Translations under genes and position numbers: made by a program
IMG/VR virus record: IMGVR_UViG_3300009376_001605
Source of the DNA: an uncultured virus (IMG/VR IMGVR_UViG_3300009376_001605)
Taxonomy: Duplodnaviria > Heunggongvirae > Uroviricota > Caudoviricetes
Strand: one strand, 5' to 3'
DNA: 64,000 nt
The notes under the pieces: generated by a model
What the model was told of the DNA's origin: nothing
The model's database searches: none
What the model saw: the letters and a program-made list of their open reading frames with translations, nothing else
Part shown: positions 28,984 to 39,435 of the stretch, piece by piece
Layout: every line of letters starts with the position of its first letter
Numbering within the stretch: position 1 is the stretch's first letter

Positions 28984-29725
28984 CGTTTTCTTTCAATGCT
29001 CTATATTTTTTCTTAAGGTTGGATATCGTAGTCGTAAGCTGTTTAGGTGATAGTCCGCTCATCTCTCTAAGATAGACAAAAACTGCACGCTTATTTAGAA
29101 ACTCTAGATCATTTGCGTTTTCAAACAGCGTAGTGATTGCGTTGATGCAAGCTTTTTCATTGTCAGTTCTCGCCTCTCCTGTGAGGTGCTTAAGCATACC
29201 AAATATCAGCCTAAGATCATCTTCTTTTACCAGAGATGCTACGGGACTATCGACTACATTTTTTTCTTGGTAAGAGTGCCTTTCTCCCGCAGAAAACATT
29301 CTTTCATCTTCTATACTTACGCTTCTCCTTAAAAAAGCTGTCTTCTGCTTAGACTTAATAATCAAAAAATTCTTTGCAACGACATTAAAATATGAAAACG
29401 CCTTTGTCCCTCTCGATGGATCAAACTTATAAAGCGTCTCATATAGAAAAGTAACGCAGTCATTTTTTAAATCCTCGTAAGATTCATGAAGTGATGTGAA
29501 CTTATGAATGAAGATTAAGTTTTCTGAAAGCTTGTCAAATGCCGGAAGAATAGACTCAGTGTAGATCTTATTTTTTTCTTCATCAGTTTCTGCCGCCTGG
29601 AATTCTTCTATTGCTTTCTGCGTACCTTCATTAAAATACAGCTTTATCTGCTTTTTCTTTTGGGCTACTTTGGGATCTGTATTTTTTCTTCTGCGCTTAC
29701 CTTTGCCTTTTTTGGTAGTTGTCAA
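28958..29725 (-). CDS. Phage sigma factor-like protein (probable late sigma, gp55-like)
   Basis: EDLKNDCVTFLYETLYKFDPSRGTKAFSYFNVVAKN = sigma region 2. Confidence 0.8.
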   Translation of the reverse strand: MTTTKKGKGKRRRKNTDPKVAQKKKQIKLYFNEGTQKAIEEFQAAETDEEKNKIYTESILPAFDKLSENLIFIHKFTSLHESYEDLKNDCVTFLYETLYKFDPSRGTKAFSYFNVVAKNFLIIKSKQKTAFLRRSVSIEDERMFSAGERHSYQEKNVVDSPVASLVKEDDLRLIFGMLKHLTGEARTDNEKACINAITTLFENANDLEFLNKRAVFVYLREMSGLSPKQLTTTISNLKKKYRALKENDEFRIFFE

Positions 29726-29728
29726 ATC

Positions 29729-30010
29729 TCATTCCTCTTCTTGATCGACTTCAACATTAGCCAAGTCGCTTGCGACACTCAGTAAATAGGTGTTGACCAT
29801 GCCAATCTGCCTATGAACTTCTCTAATTTCAGGACTGTCAAAAAAAAGAGGTCGCTCTAATATCTCACTAATTACGCTGTAAGACTCATCTATCTTATCT
29901 AGCGCGATCTCGATCCTGTCTTCAAATTGAAATACAGCTCTTGCAAATCTAACTATAAAAAAGAACTGGATGGCGCATATTATACTTAATGTAATCAGGC
30001 CTATGAACAT
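29729..30010 (-). CDS. Small membrane-anchored protein
   Basis: Hydrophobic N-terminal helix then an acidic coiled segment. Confidence 0.6.
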   Translation of the reverse strand: MFIGLITLSIICAIQFFFIVRFARAVFQFEDRIEIALDKIDESYSVISEILERPLFFDSPEIREVHRQIGMVNTYLLSVASDLANVEVDQEEE

Positions 30011-31167
30011 AGTAGCTTATAAAAATGCTCTTGGTATTTGCCCTGAATCGAATCAAAGCTGTGACTTTCAAGGATTACCTCCTGGTGTGCACGAGCTCTT
30101 TTATCATAAACAGAATAATACTTATAAAGCTTTTCTAACTCCTCAGATGCAGATTTTTCACTTGCTTCTGCCCACTTCATTCCCTTGATAAACAGATTAC
30201 CGTCAACTCTGGAATCGCTAACCTCTACAAGATCGTATTTGATATTCAAATAAGAATCTCTTTTCATGTAATCAGTATGGGCTGACCAGCGTGTGGCGGC
30301 GACAGGAACTCCGCATGCAGCTGATTCTAAGATCGGTAGGCCAAAGCCTTCTCCTCTTGTCATCGTTACAAGGGCTTTAACTTTCGGGTGCTTATAAAGA
30401 TCACGTAGATCGTCATCAGACATATTTCCATGCAAGAGATAAACTTTTGGACTTCCTTTGTGCCCTATAGATTTTAAGAGTGCAGTCAAAACTCCCTGAA
30501 TTTGCTTAAAATCCATGATTGTAGATCGACCTACATTAGACTTTAGAATAATCCCGACATCTTCCTTATCTTTGAAAGTATTGACCAGAACCTTAAGCGT
30601 GTTGAAAATATTTTTTCTATCATCTTGAAAATTCATGGCTGTAAGCTGCCCGAAAACAAGAAAATTGAAGTCGGTGTTAAAGTCAAATTTTTCAAGATCT
30701 GGTTCTTGGGTGAGAACATCCGGGAAAGACTCAGGAATAACAATAATATCCTTGTTTATTCTTCCCGTATTTGTAAAGCATTTCTTGGCATGCTCTGACG
30801 GTACTACTACAGCGTGCATAGAGTTTACTGCGTTTATCCAGCTGGGATGGCACCTATCTGTCTCTATTCCTGCAGTTATTCCCACATTATACTTGGCAAT
30901 ATTTTGCCACTCATTTGGAAGAATCACTTGGAAGGAAACGTCGGCATCTTGAACCTCTCCTCCCGAATATTTGAAAATCTTATTAATTAATCCCTCAAGT
31001 GCATCGCCATTAGTAAACCACGTAGTATCACCCCAGGGCACGCATTGAATTGTCAAGTTGATCTGGTTAGTTTCTGCTAAGCCGATGAGCCAGCGTGCCA
31101 CTTGCCTGCTGTGAACTCCGTATCCACTTTGTGTAAGAACAGGTGCTCTTAAAACAACTTTTCTCAT
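30001..31167 (-). CDS. Glycosyltransferase, GT4/GT-B
   Basis: SGYGVHSR; RGEGFGLPILESAACGVPV. Confidence 0.9.
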   Translation of the reverse strand: MRKVVLRAPVLTQSGYGVHSRQVARWLIGLAETNQINLTIQCVPWGDTTWFTNGDALEGLINKIFKYSGGEVQDADVSFQVILPNEWQNIAKYNVGITAGIETDRCHPSWINAVNSMHAVVVPSEHAKKCFTNTGRINKDIIVIPESFPDVLTQEPDLEKFDFNTDFNFLVFGQLTAMNFQDDRKNIFNTLKVLVNTFKDKEDVGIILKSNVGRSTIMDFKQIQGVLTALLKSIGHKGSPKVYLLHGNMSDDDLRDLYKHPKVKALVTMTRGEGFGLPILESAACGVPVAATRWSAHTDYMKRDSYLNIKYDLVEVSDSRVDGNLFIKGMKWAEASEKSASEELEKLYKYYSVYDKRARAHQEVILESHSFDSIQGKYQEHFYKLLCS

Positions 31168-32429
31168 TTTCCTGACATCTCTTTCATTCTCCAGGGTTTA
31201 TAGATTTTTTCCCTGTCATTTTTCCAGTCTTCGATGAGCTTTGTTAAGCTCTCATCCCACAAATCAACAGTCTTTTCAAGCTTGAATTCTGACAGCACAT
31301 ATTCTCTAGCTTTTTGCCCTAGTTTCTTTCTACCTTCTGGTCCGAGCTCATACATCTTCATAAAAGCCTCAGAAGTACTTTCATTTTTGCAGTAGTCTTC
31401 GTAAATATAGGGGACCATTTGACTCCCCACAAGAGATCTAACATCAGGATCTAGCGCTATTCCGTTCTCAGATCCATCTCTATGATCTACTACCTGCCTT
31501 GTTAGGCCTCCTGTCTTAAGTGCGATTATCGGTTTTCCACACTGCATTGATTCTAGGGTGGTTAACCCAAATCCTTCATTCAGAGCAATATTGACACAGA
31601 AATCAGATATGTTATGAAGGACATTCATTTGATTAAAGTCTATCCTCTGCGCTGATATAGAGACGTTATCTACAATACCAAGTAGCTCCATTGTGCTCTG
31701 TAGATTTGGGCCCTCTTGATCAAAAGGGTCAGTGTGCATGATCAAAGTTGCATTTCTATGACCGTGCTTTTTTTCCAGGTCATCTAAAAACATCTTCCAA
31801 GACATCAAGACATCATTCGGTCTTTTGCGCTTAGCGTTTCGATTAATCCAGATTCCAGTAAAGTGATCTAGTCTATCTTCACCTAAAAGAAGCTTTTTAT
31901 TTGACTTAACCTCCTCGGGTTTCATAGGAAAGTAAATGTCTTCCGGAAGAGCATGAGGTATAAAATTAGTTTTTGTCGGGTGTCTCTGACTAACAAGCTC
32001 ATAAGTCTTGTAGGAGTGGCAGTTAATAAGATCTGTTGACTGGTAGAACACATTATTAAACTCCGGATATGGATCGTTATCCCACACATGCCAATATGCG
32101 ATGGGACAAACCTGATGTATCTCATCTTCCATCTGCCAAATCCAGACAAAAAATCGCGGATCTGTGAAAAGCAGAAGCACATCTGGCTTTTCAACTGCCA
32201 AAAGCTGTCGAATCATGTCTCTGTTGCCGAAACCGTCGACGGGCTTAATTAAGATATCCGGGTGGGGTTGTGCCATGTCATAACTTTCGTGCTTAATGGC
32301 AGCACCGAGTTGCCTGATTGTCCAATCACCCTTTTGGGCTAGCCCAAGCGATAAAAACCTAGATTGACACCCAACACCTGACGTGCTTAATAAGTGATCG
32401 CTCAACAATAGAATTTTCTTCTTTTTCAT
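31164..32429 (-). CDS. Glycosyltransferase, GT4/GT-B
   Basis: NRNAKRKR; NEGFGLTTLESMQCGKPII. Confidence 0.9.
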   Translation of the reverse strand: MKKKKILLLSDHLLSTSGVGCQSRFLSLGLAQKGDWTIRQLGAAIKHESYDMAQPHPDILIKPVDGFGNRDMIRQLLAVEKPDVLLLFTDPRFFVWIWQMEDEIHQVCPIAYWHVWDNDPYPEFNNVFYQSTDLINCHSYKTYELVSQRHPTKTNFIPHALPEDIYFPMKPEEVKSNKKLLLGEDRLDHFTGIWINRNAKRKRPNDVLMSWKMFLDDLEKKHGHRNATLIMHTDPFDQEGPNLQSTMELLGIVDNVSISAQRIDFNQMNVLHNISDFCVNIALNEGFGLTTLESMQCGKPIIALKTGGLTRQVVDHRDGSENGIALDPDVRSLVGSQMVPYIYEDYCKNESTSEAFMKMYELGPEGRKKLGQKAREYVLSEFKLEKTVDLWDESLTKLIEDWKNDREKIYKPWRMKEMSGK

Positions 32430-32483
32430 CTAGTCCTCAGGGTTGCGTATTATCATACACACACTATTAATTTTTATAAAAAA

Positions 32484-33308
32484 TCAAGAACCGCTACAGT
32501 GCTCCGTACCTTTAAACTCACACCATCGGCATGCACTGTAATTTTTTGGAAAGAAGCCCTTGCGCACTGCAGCGAGCATGGATCTTACAACCTTGGTTGC
32601 CTTCTCTAGCTTAGCCTCAGAACCAGAAACTTCAACCAGCTCGCAGCGCTTTCCGTTCTTCCCGTCTCTCTTGAGGAGGACAAAGCCTATCTTTACATCT
32701 TTGGGATTGACATTGTGTTTCTCAGACCAAAAGTGCTTGTAAAGAAGAAGCTGCATTTGGTAATTAAAATCCTGCTTCTTTTGAGGTCTCCATCCCCAGC
32801 CGGCAGTTTTCCAGTCAAGGAGCCATATCTTTGGCTGTCCCTTCTTATTCTTATTGATGATAACTGCATCGATGAAACCCTTGAACTGCATCTCATCATT
32901 CTGGATTGATTCGTAGAGGTCTTCCTCAGCTTGAACACCTTTCCACCCAGGAAAAGTCTCGTCTAAGAAACCAGGGACATCGTCGAGAATGTCAGAGGCT
33001 ATCTGCTTCCACTGCTCACGCTCAGGTGAATACTTACAAAAACCGTTGGCCTTAATATAGGCTGTGATCCCCTCTTGATTCTCATCCCAGTAATCGTCGA
33101 TCTCCTTGAAAGCTAACTCCTTATTCATCTCTCTAGATTCGATATACTCTTCGCAAGAAGCATGAACACCGGTTCCAAAACCAAGATAGGGTGAGGGCTC
33201 AAAAGAACCGAGCTTGTCAATATGTAAAAGTTTATGCCGATACGGGCATTCTTTCCAAGCAAAGAGCTCAGAAAATGAGATATGGGGTTTACCGGTAGGG
33301 AATATCAT
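32484..33308 (-). CDS. PD-(D/E)XK nuclease, Cas4/AddB-like
   Basis: SFSEL..WKECP, FGTGVH, GFIDAV, LDWKT, QLLLY, C-terminal CRWC...C. Confidence 0.85.
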   Translation of the reverse strand: MIFPTGKPHISFSELFAWKECPYRHKLLHIDKLGSFEPSPYLGFGTGVHASCEEYIESREMNKELAFKEIDDYWDENQEGITAYIKANGFCKYSPEREQWKQIASDILDDVPGFLDETFPGWKGVQAEEDLYESIQNDEMQFKGFIDAVIINKNKKGQPKIWLLDWKTAGWGWRPQKKQDFNYQMQLLLYKHFWSEKHNVNPKDVKIGFVLLKRDGKNGKRCELVEVSGSEAKLEKATKVVRSMLAAVRKGFFPKNYSACRWCEFKGTEHCSGS

Positions 33309-33326
33309 ATTCTAATAGTATACCAA

Positions 33327-34208
33327 CTAATAAGAAAGTACAGTATCTTCTAATCGGTGGCTAGGTGACCACCCTAGGATTTGCGTGGCCTTGGAGATAT
33401 CAGCCATAGTCTCGCGGGCTTCACCAGATCGAGAAGGAATGTAAGACTTCTCTCCTCCGACAAGATCTGCTACCTGATTAATGGAGTAGTTTCTACCTGT
33501 ACCAATATTGAAGAGACCATGATGAACTTTGGAGTCTGCAGACATGATGTTAGCTCGAACGACATCTTTAATGTACGTAAAATCTCTTCGCTGTTCACCA
33601 TCTCCTACAATGGTTAGCTTCTCACCTGTTTCTTTCATGCGCTTGAAAAGGCCTACAACAGGGGCGTATTGGCCTTTCAACGGCTCCCTTGGACCATACA
33701 CATTAAAATAGCGTAATGTTATTGTGCTTAAACCGTATAGGTCTGAGAACATCTTGCAGAGCTCTTCACCCTGCTTCTTTGAAAGAGAGTAAGGTGTAAG
33801 ACAGTCAGGTGTCATCTCCTCGTGGTGCGGAGGCTTATTCTTGTGACCATAGCAAGAAGAGCTACTAGAGTAGATTACCTTTTTAACGCCTGCATTTTTA
33901 GCATGATTAAGAACCCGAGATGTTCCGAGAACATTAACATCAAATGCTCCTGAAGGATCGTCGATGGTCGGCTGAATCCTTGATCTTGCTGCAAGATGAA
34001 ACACGACATCCACTCCTTCGTAAAGACTTGACGTGGTATCATCACAGATATCAAGCTTATGATATTCTGCGCCATCGAACTTATAGAAATTATGATTCTC
34101 GTTAGCAGACTCATCATCAATCACGATAACCCTATTGCCCATGGACAGGAGTTCTTCGACTATGTGAGAACCGATAAATCCGCACCCGCCGGTAACCAGA
34201 GCTTTCAT
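33327..34208 (-). CDS. NAD-dependent nucleotide-sugar epimerase/dehydratase
   Basis: TGGCGFIGSH, YSLSK, LRYFNVYGP. Confidence 0.92.
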   Translation of the reverse strand: MKALVTGGCGFIGSHIVEELLSMGNRVIVIDDESANENHNFYKFDGAEYHKLDICDDTTSSLYEGVDVVFHLAARSRIQPTIDDPSGAFDVNVLGTSRVLNHAKNAGVKKVIYSSSSSCYGHKNKPPHHEEMTPDCLTPYSLSKKQGEELCKMFSDLYGLSTITLRYFNVYGPREPLKGQYAPVVGLFKRMKETGEKLTIVGDGEQRRDFTYIKDVVRANIMSADSKVHHGLFNIGTGRNYSINQVADLVGGEKSYIPSRSGEARETMADISKATQILGWSPSHRLEDTVLSY

Positions 34209-35065
34209 TAATCCTCCGACACCGCTCTACCAGACATTGCTTCCCAATCACGATGCTCAGGGGATCTTACCTCAAGATTTTTAGCCCAGACAGCTTGCAA
34301 TACACTGGGATCGATGCCTTTTTCTCTTGCAAGAAACATTAAGGCATTGATATCTTTTGGAAAGCAGTGACCTCCGAAACCGTATGAGCCATCTGGGCCA
34401 GGAGATGAAAAGTGAGACTTCCCTATTCTCGGGTCGTAAAGACCGTATTCTACGACCTTGTCATAATCAACTTTAGACTTCTCGCAAATCTGACGTAGCT
34501 CATTAGAAAAGCTAACTTTGGTGGCAAGAAAGCAGTTAGTAAAGTATTTAACCATCTCGGCAGTATTGGATCCCGTCTTAATGATCGATGCGTTAGGAAA
34601 AGCCTTCGCAAATATTGTCTTCATTTTCGAAGTTCCAGGTCTTGGGCCACCTAAAATAATTCTGGTCTGATTCTTGTAATCGTTGATTGCATTGGCTTCT
34701 GTCAAAAACTCTGGATTAAAAACAACCTGGATGTTTTTTACTACTTTGTTGAGACCTGCTGTAGTGCCTGGCGGAATAGTTGACTTGATCACAGCTACGC
34801 GATTTTCAAGATTATTTGCTCCACAAATCTCATCGATCTCTTTTACAACACCTTCGACTATTCTTGTGTCGCACTCACCTGACTTTCTCATCGGTGTTGG
34901 CAAGCAAACAAAAATAACCTCACAGTCTCGAGCAAGCACTGCAAGGCTCTCGACTGCAAAGTCCTCCGCTTTAAACTTGTCATAAGTGGCAAGATCAAAA
35001 AAATCTCTCATGCCCTCTCGAACAGCAGTTCCTACAAAACCTTGGCCGCAAATACCAATCTTCAT
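34208..35065 (-). CDS. UDP-glucose/GDP-mannose dehydrogenase family, short form
   Basis: GQGFVG, CLPTP, KSTIPPGT, NPEFL, GFGGHCFPKD; only 285 aa. Confidence 0.88.
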   Translation of the reverse strand: MKIGICGQGFVGTAVREGMRDFFDLATYDKFKAEDFAVESLAVLARDCEVIFVCLPTPMRKSGECDTRIVEGVVKEIDEICGANNLENRVAVIKSTIPPGTTAGLNKVVKNIQVVFNPEFLTEANAINDYKNQTRIILGGPRPGTSKMKTIFAKAFPNASIIKTGSNTAEMVKYFTNCFLATKVSFSNELRQICEKSKVDYDKVVEYGLYDPRIGKSHFSSPGPDGSYGFGGHCFPKDINALMFLAREKGIDPSVLQAVWAKNLEVRSPEHRDWEAMSGRAVSED

Positions 35066-35066
35066 A

Positions 35067-36140
35067 TTATTTTCCTAGCTCTGTCAAATCGTCAGTTGTC
35101 AAAAGAGTGTCATCTTTAATGTCTTGCGCTGCAGTAGTACCTAAAATCTTATCAAACATCTTTGGTGATATCCCAGTGCCCGGTCGCTTGCACCCAATAT
35201 TATCAGATGTGAAAACTTCTCCGGCCTTAATGGGCTTTAGAGATACGACGCTTCTTCGAGCATACATTTTGGCGCGCTCTTCACTTTCAGTACATTCTTT
35301 AACTTCAGATGTACCCATCATTACATGTGACAGGTCCATAAGACGAACAATTTCTTTAACTTGGGCTGGATCCACAGAAAGCCAATGGTCGGCGCTTTTA
35401 TCGAGCGTCTTGTCTACAGTGTAGTGTTTTTCGACTACGTTTGCACCGAGCATAAGGCTGAATGCAGGCGTCTCAACAGTCATAGTATGATCTGAAAGTC
35501 CGTATGCATATTTTTCCCCGAACTTTTCCTGAATTGACTTGATCATTGACAGGTTTATTTGATCAGGATCAGTAGGATACTTTAGATTGCAGTGCATAAT
35601 AACAATCTTGTCTGTTCCTGCTTCTTCTAGAACTTCAACTGCTTCTTCTATGTCCTGTAAGCTAGCCGCTCCCGTGGATAGCATTACAATCTTTTTCTTC
35701 GATCCCACATGCTTTAAAAGGGGGTGATTGGTAACATCACATGATGCAATCTTATAAGCATTGATGCCGACTCTATCTAAGTAGTCTGTAGCTTCATCAT
35801 CAAACGGAGTAGACATAAACTCAATGTCATACTCATCGCACATTCTCTTTAGTTCAGCATGCTCAGCTTCCCCGAAAGAATCTAAATGAGAGTAAGAATC
35901 AAATTGTGATCCATCCTCTTCGAGCTCGCCTTCCCAGTCCCAGAATCTAGGCGCATCTTTCGTACAGAGATTTGCTGCCTTATATGACTGGAACTTTATT
36001 GCGTGAGCTCCTGCCATTGCGGCTTCCTTAATAAGGCGCTCACCGAGATCAAGAGACCCTAAGTGATTTACCCCTGCCTCTGCGATGAAAAAAGGTTTCC
36101 CTGATCTTATTTTTTCCCACAGAAAATCTAATTCATTCAT
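35067..36140 (-). CDS. neuB: Nonulosonic acid synthase (NeuB family) with SAF domain
   Basis: IAEAGVNH, IKFQ, STPFD, KIAS, LSTG, GLSDHT, EKHYT, KRPGTGI. Confidence 0.93.
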   Translation of the reverse strand: MNELDFLWEKIRSGKPFFIAEAGVNHLGSLDLGERLIKEAAMAGAHAIKFQSYKAANLCTKDAPRFWDWEGELEEDGSQFDSYSHLDSFGEAEHAELKRMCDEYDIEFMSTPFDDEATDYLDRVGINAYKIASCDVTNHPLLKHVGSKKKIVMLSTGAASLQDIEEAVEVLEEAGTDKIVIMHCNLKYPTDPDQINLSMIKSIQEKFGEKYAYGLSDHTMTVETPAFSLMLGANVVEKHYTVDKTLDKSADHWLSVDPAQVKEIVRLMDLSHVMMGTSEVKECTESEERAKMYARRSVVSLKPIKAGEVFTSDNIGCKRPGTGISPKMFDKILGTTAAQDIKDDTLLTTDDLTELGK

Positions 36141-36149
36141 TGATGTATC

Positions 36150-37019
36150 CTAAACATTATGCACATGTGCTACTGCACCTCCGGAGGCTAAGTGCTTTGC
36201 TGCTATTTTATCAAGAAGATCTGGCGGCACTCCTATGTTTTTGCCACCTCCACCTTCACCGGGAATTGGTTTCCCTGGATGGGCGCCGGCGCACATGATG
36301 ATATCAAATTTTTCATCTTCTCCTAGCATAGCCTCAAAATTCTCAGCCTTCGACATTAAAAGACGAGTGCTAGCATCAGGTAACATATTTTTGATCAGCT
36401 TGTGAGTAAGATCTAAGTTGTTTAATGCGCTTAAGGCGCCGACGGATGTTGCGCATACCATCAGCATTGCAGCAAAATAGTTTGATACTTCGGCGCTTTC
36501 AGGAATTAGAAGATTTTTATCGAAGACTTTGCCTACCTCAAATAGGCCGATATTCTCGCTACTCAATACGGTCCCTAACACTGGTTGCGCCACCTTAGGC
36601 TCGAACAGGCCTCCTAATGATTCCTGGACTCTGGCTATAGTAGTTAGGTCAAACAAATCTATTCCTGTGAATTTTGTGACATTATATTTGCTTAGAATAG
36701 GCCAGTACGCACAGTGACCACACCCGATATCAAGAACTCTAATATCTTTTTTTCCGGCTTTGCTTTCGATAAGCATCTCTCTCAATCTTTTTGAACTCTC
36801 CCACACTGTCTGCCATCTTTTTTCTAAATCTTTGGTCATTGACCAGCGGTTAAAAAGAAAATGACTTTCAATCTCCAGGTCTCTAATTTGATGCATACCG
36901 AGCCGGTAATTTACAGAGCGGTGCTCATGCTTGTCTATAAAAGCATTCATTTGAGCCTGGATGTTCAGAATTTCTTTTCTTGATAGCCCGTGATCCGGGA
37001 GATCTTCTAATTCACTCAT
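36150..37019 (-). CDS. Class I SAM-dependent methyltransferase
   Basis: RVLDIGCG, FTGID, EKFDII. Confidence 0.7.
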   Translation of the reverse strand: MSELEDLPDHGLSRKEILNIQAQMNAFIDKHEHRSVNYRLGMHQIRDLEIESHFLFNRWSMTKDLEKRWQTVWESSKRLREMLIESKAGKKDIRVLDIGCGHCAYWPILSKYNVTKFTGIDLFDLTTIARVQESLGGLFEPKVAQPVLGTVLSSENIGLFEVGKVFDKNLLIPESAEVSNYFAAMLMVCATSVGALSALNNLDLTHKLIKNMLPDASTRLLMSKAENFEAMLGEDEKFDIIMCAGAHPGKPIPGEGGGGKNIGVPPDLLDKIAAKHLASGGAVAHVHNV

Positions 37020-37701
37020 CTTTTAACTCTTCCTGGGACTTAAGCTTTTTATCGATTTCATTCTTTAGCAATTGGCGTTGCTCTGCATGGGATGAAAGGG
37101 AACCTTGTCGCTTACAATACCTGTAATAAGGTAATCTTAATCGGTGACCGTCAAAGTTTTTAATATAGCGTAGAATGAGATCATAGTCTTCTCTGTTTCG
37201 GAGCGTCTCATCGTAAAAACCAACGGCGTCTAGGTACCTTCGCCTAAACATCACTCCAGCGCCGTGATCAAGAAGTTTATCAAGCGTATTAATTTCTTGC
37301 TTGCGACTCAAGTCTTTCTCAACAACAATCTGATCACAATAGACAAAACCGATATCATCGTTCCACTCTAAAACTTCTGACATTGTGTGAAGAAAATTCT
37401 TATTAATAAAATCATCGCCATCAACCCGGACCACATACTTTCCACTGCTAGCAGATATCCCCTTGTTAGATGCCGCAGATACACCGCCATTCTTTTCAGA
37501 CTTGATAGCCGTTACGAGGCCCTGGAATTGTGAGATTACTTCCCATGAACTATCCGTGGAGCAATCATCCACAACAATAACCTCATATTGTTTTTCTGGT
37601 AGCGTCTGGTTGATACAGCTATTGATTGCCCGGCTAATGTATTTTTCGAGGTTATAGCAAGTAATGATTACACTGACGAGGATGCCCGGCTTTTTTTCCA
37701 T
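37012..37701 (-). CDS. Glycosyltransferase, GT2
   Basis: SVIITCYN, VVDDCSTD, VDGDD, EDYD. Confidence 0.92.
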   Translation of the reverse strand: MEKKPGILVSVIITCYNLEKYISRAINSCINQTLPEKQYEVIVVDDCSTDSSWEVISQFQGLVTAIKSEKNGGVSAASNKGISASSGKYVVRVDGDDFINKNFLHTMSEVLEWNDDIGFVYCDQIVVEKDLSRKQEINTLDKLLDHGAGVMFRRRYLDAVGFYDETLRNREDYDLILRYIKNFDGHRLRLPYYRYCKRQGSLSSHAEQRQLLKNEIDKKLKSQEELKDE

Positions 37702-37702
37702 C

Positions 37703-38278
37703 TTATAGCTTTCTCATCATCTTATCCTCAATGACCCTTACGTCATCTATTGTGTGAACATCTATGTAATCAGTTATAACTACACCTTTATACACTGACA
37801 GTGCTTTTTGATTTACGCATCTTCTTAGCATGACATGTACTGCGGCGTCCTCGATTCCTTCCTCATCAACAGTGAAAACTTCCCAAAGATCATGATCTTG
37901 TAGCTTTTTTATGCACTCATCGATCTTCTCAGATGTTATCTGGGGAGAGTTTGCTTGCACTCTTACCAACACATCAAACTCATCTCCCGTTTGTCTCTCG
38001 GACCATTCTAGGGCGTGTGAGAGTACATCTTGTGTCCAGACGTGATCTTCGGATAGCTCGTCAGGTCGATCGATTACTTTTGCACCATATTGAATAGCAA
38101 CTCCTGCAATTTCTTCATCCTCAGTCGAGACGTATATGTTTTGATCATCCAGGTACTGACTTCCTTTGCAAGCTTCGATCGCATAGCTCATGAGGGGCCG
38201 TCCGAGAATAGGATAGATGTTCTTTCTATGAAGGCGCTTGCTTCCTCCTCGAGCTGGAATGACAGTCAATATTCTCAA
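37703..38278 (-). CDS. neuA: Acylneuraminate cytidylyltransferase (NeuA family)
   Basis: IPARGGSKRLHRKN, VSTED, RPDEL, IDVHTIDD. Confidence 0.88.
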   Translation of the reverse strand: MRILTVIPARGGSKRLHRKNIYPILGRPLMSYAIEACKGSQYLDDQNIYVSTEDEEIAGVAIQYGAKVIDRPDELSEDHVWTQDVLSHALEWSERQTGDEFDVLVRVQANSPQITSEKIDECIKKLQDHDLWEVFTVDEEGIEDAAVHVMLRRCVNQKALSVYKGVVITDYIDVHTIDDVRVIEDKMMRKL

Positions 38279-39435
38279 AGCTCTACCACTTTCACAAACT
38301 TATCACCAGACCGCGAGTGACCGGCGGTGGCGATGGATTTGTAATCTGGCTTCAGGGGAACCGAACAAGACCAAGAGTTTCCTTCTTTGTGTACCGCCCC
38401 CTCAATATGCTCGAACTTATTCGACGATGTGAGAGCGAAAATAAAAGCCTTTTTCTGGTAGGGTCGGGAAGAGAAAGAAAAAGCTATTTCTTCTGGGTAT
38501 TGTCTGATATTGACCTCTACTTTCTCAGGCTGGATCTTTGCGATATGCTGCAAGGCAGCTTTGGCATCACAATATGAGAAAGGCACATTAAACTTAGCAG
38601 CAGCTTTCTCGATCATTTGAATCGCCCGATAAGTCTCAGGTCTCATGTCTCGATGGTCGTGACTGAAATACGAGAGAAGTACTGGCTGGTCGAACTGCTT
38701 TGCATAAGAAAATGCTTCATCCACCTGCCACTGCTCTAGTCGGTGCAACCTAGACTCAAGATCCACAGATCGAGCAATCATTCTCTTCATCTTTCCAGGC
38801 TGAGTTAGATCATCTTCACTTGGGTGATAGTATCCCCAGTGCGACGGGGCGCCGAACCAGTTAAAGTCAAAGATGTTCGTAGTAGGAGTAGACCTATGTG
38901 ACACACGATTGGAATAGTCAAGCATAAAGTGATCTTCAAGCCAATGAGAGCACTTGTTGTCTTCGATCGTTCCTCCGGCGCGATAAACCTCAGGAAAGTC
39001 ATTCCTCTCTAAAGCTCTGCGCCCGAGAATCTCATAGTGGATATCAGACTCATCCCAGTCAGGACTCCACTGGTCACCGATCCCTGTTTTTGGAGGTTGA
39101 TGGTAGTGCCAATGGAAAAAATCATGTGAAGTATTTAGCAACTTTATGTTATCATATGTGTCATGAAATTCTTGAACCCTGTTCTTTGGATTAGTCTTAA
39201 AGCCCATAAAGTCCATGATGAACCAGTTATAAACGTATGGATTTCCCTCTGAGTCAATGTGCTTTTCTCTAAACTCTGGGCATGTTATCTCTCGGAGAGA
39301 CGACTTAATGTCGCCCCAGTTATCCATAAACTCTTTAGATCCGTCAGGTCGACGCCTAACATCACCACCGATTGGACCCTCAGTATCAATACAGTGAACG
39401 ACTAATACTTTTCCTGATTCAGAGGAGCCAGCCAT
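38275..39435 (-). CDS. Polysaccharide deacetylase-like metalloenzyme
   Basis: VVHCIDTEG, WHYH, YRAGG, YFSHDH resemble CE4/WalW-like motifs. Confidence 0.5.
   Translation of the reverse strand: MAGSSESGKVLVVHCIDTEGPIGGDVRRRPDGSKEFMDNWGDIKSSLREITCPEFREKHIDSEGNPYVYNWFIMDFMGFKTNPKNRVQEFHDTYDNIKLLNTSHDFFHWHYHQPPKTGIGDQWSPDWDESDIHYEILGRRALERNDFPEVYRAGGTIEDNKCSHWLEDHFMLDYSNRVSHRSTPTTNIFDFNWFGAPSHWGYYHPSEDDLTQPGKMKRMIARSVDLESRLHRLEQWQVDEAFSYAKQFDQPVLLSYFSHDHRDMRPETYRAIQMIEKAAAKFNVPFSYCDAKAALQHIAKIQPEKVEVNIRQYPEEIAFSFSSRPYQKKAFIFALTSSNKFEHIEGAVHKEGNSWSCSVPLKPDYKSIATAGHSRSGDKFVKVVEL

Noticed and set aside
32484..33308. CRISPR-Cas system suggested by the Cas4-like gene
   Set aside because: No repeat-spacer array or other cas genes seen; solo Cas4-like nucleases are common in phages
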